A DNA stretch of 64,000 nucleotides from Minisyncoccota bacterium (GTDB taxonomy: Bacteria > Patescibacteriota > Minisyncoccia > Phycocordibacterales > JABAAK01): the NCBI GenBank assembly GCA_958295675.1, contig OY282360.1:594026-658025 (forward strand), written 5' to 3'. A program made the translations under genes and the position numbers. Numbering within the stretch: the stretch's first letter is position 1; every line of letters starts with the position of its first letter. This document shows, piece after piece, positions 63,560-64,000 of this stretch. A model generated the notes under the pieces. It made no database searches. It was given only the letters and a program-made list of their open reading frames with translations, and had not been told where the DNA came from.

Positions 63560-64000
63560 AGTCAAATTGAATACCCATAACTAAACACAGACCCTGCTTT
63601 GTTGCAAGGTAGCCGTATTACGGATATACTAATACTTTACCACACTTTGTAATTTATGCAACTATTATATACAGAAAAAATACCTTTAAAAATAAAGGTA
63701 TTTTATACACCCCAAAAAAATCAAGTTGACAGGGAATAAAAAATATAACAAAAAGGTAAAATATCTCTGTTTTTTAAGGTATTTTTATATTTGCCATATA
63801 CTACATTCTATCCTAACATATGAAAGTATTGCTGAAAATATGATCCTATGGTATAGAATCAACACGCCAATCCCTGACCGCAGGATGATAAGTAATAACA
63901 GATACTCCACGCCTACCCAACCTCCGTAATCAAAAAAAGGTGGTGAAAAATGATAAGAATGTGGATTTTAACCTTAAATATATAGACCTCAACACGCTCT

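Noticed and set aside
63566-64000. Replication origin
   Set aside because: AT-rich with a hairpin, but no cluster of consensus DnaA boxes and no dnaA visible.

Overview
Chromosomal window from a small-genome bacterium, most likely Patescibacteria/CPR (Parcubacteria-like). This is inferred from an unlinked 23S rRNA with a group I intron, a VirB2/TrbC-like pilin cluster, a short IF-2, a sigma70-region-4/HTH protein and a coiled-coil lytic transglycosylase. Core content: 5' two-thirds of the 23S rRNA interrupted at L1917 by a LAGLIDADG-encoding group I intron, seven tRNAs, ychF, truB, nth, htpX/lemA, groESL, secG, rnj, mutY, rplY/rpmG, clpB, infB/rbfA, murA, gyrA, tmk, rpsA, pth, lepB, rpsU, ybeY, ftsA/ftsZ, valS and mltG. 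Most interesting: (1) a tRNA-adjacent array of secreted-protein genes in which a constant 390-bp repeat (start of the next gene, promoter, terminator, C-terminal tail) alternates with interchangeable protein bodies; (2) two tandem 8-stranded outer-membrane-type beta-barrel genes in a lineage thought to lack an outer membrane; (3) two promoter- and terminator-bounded, highly structured non-coding units (~600 nt with a boxA-like element, and ~310 nt) matching no RNA family I recognise; (4) an active plus a catalytically dead RNase J pair; (5) leaderless core genes versus Shine-Dalgarno-led accessory genes. All calls were made by eye from motifs; no database searches or folding programs were run.
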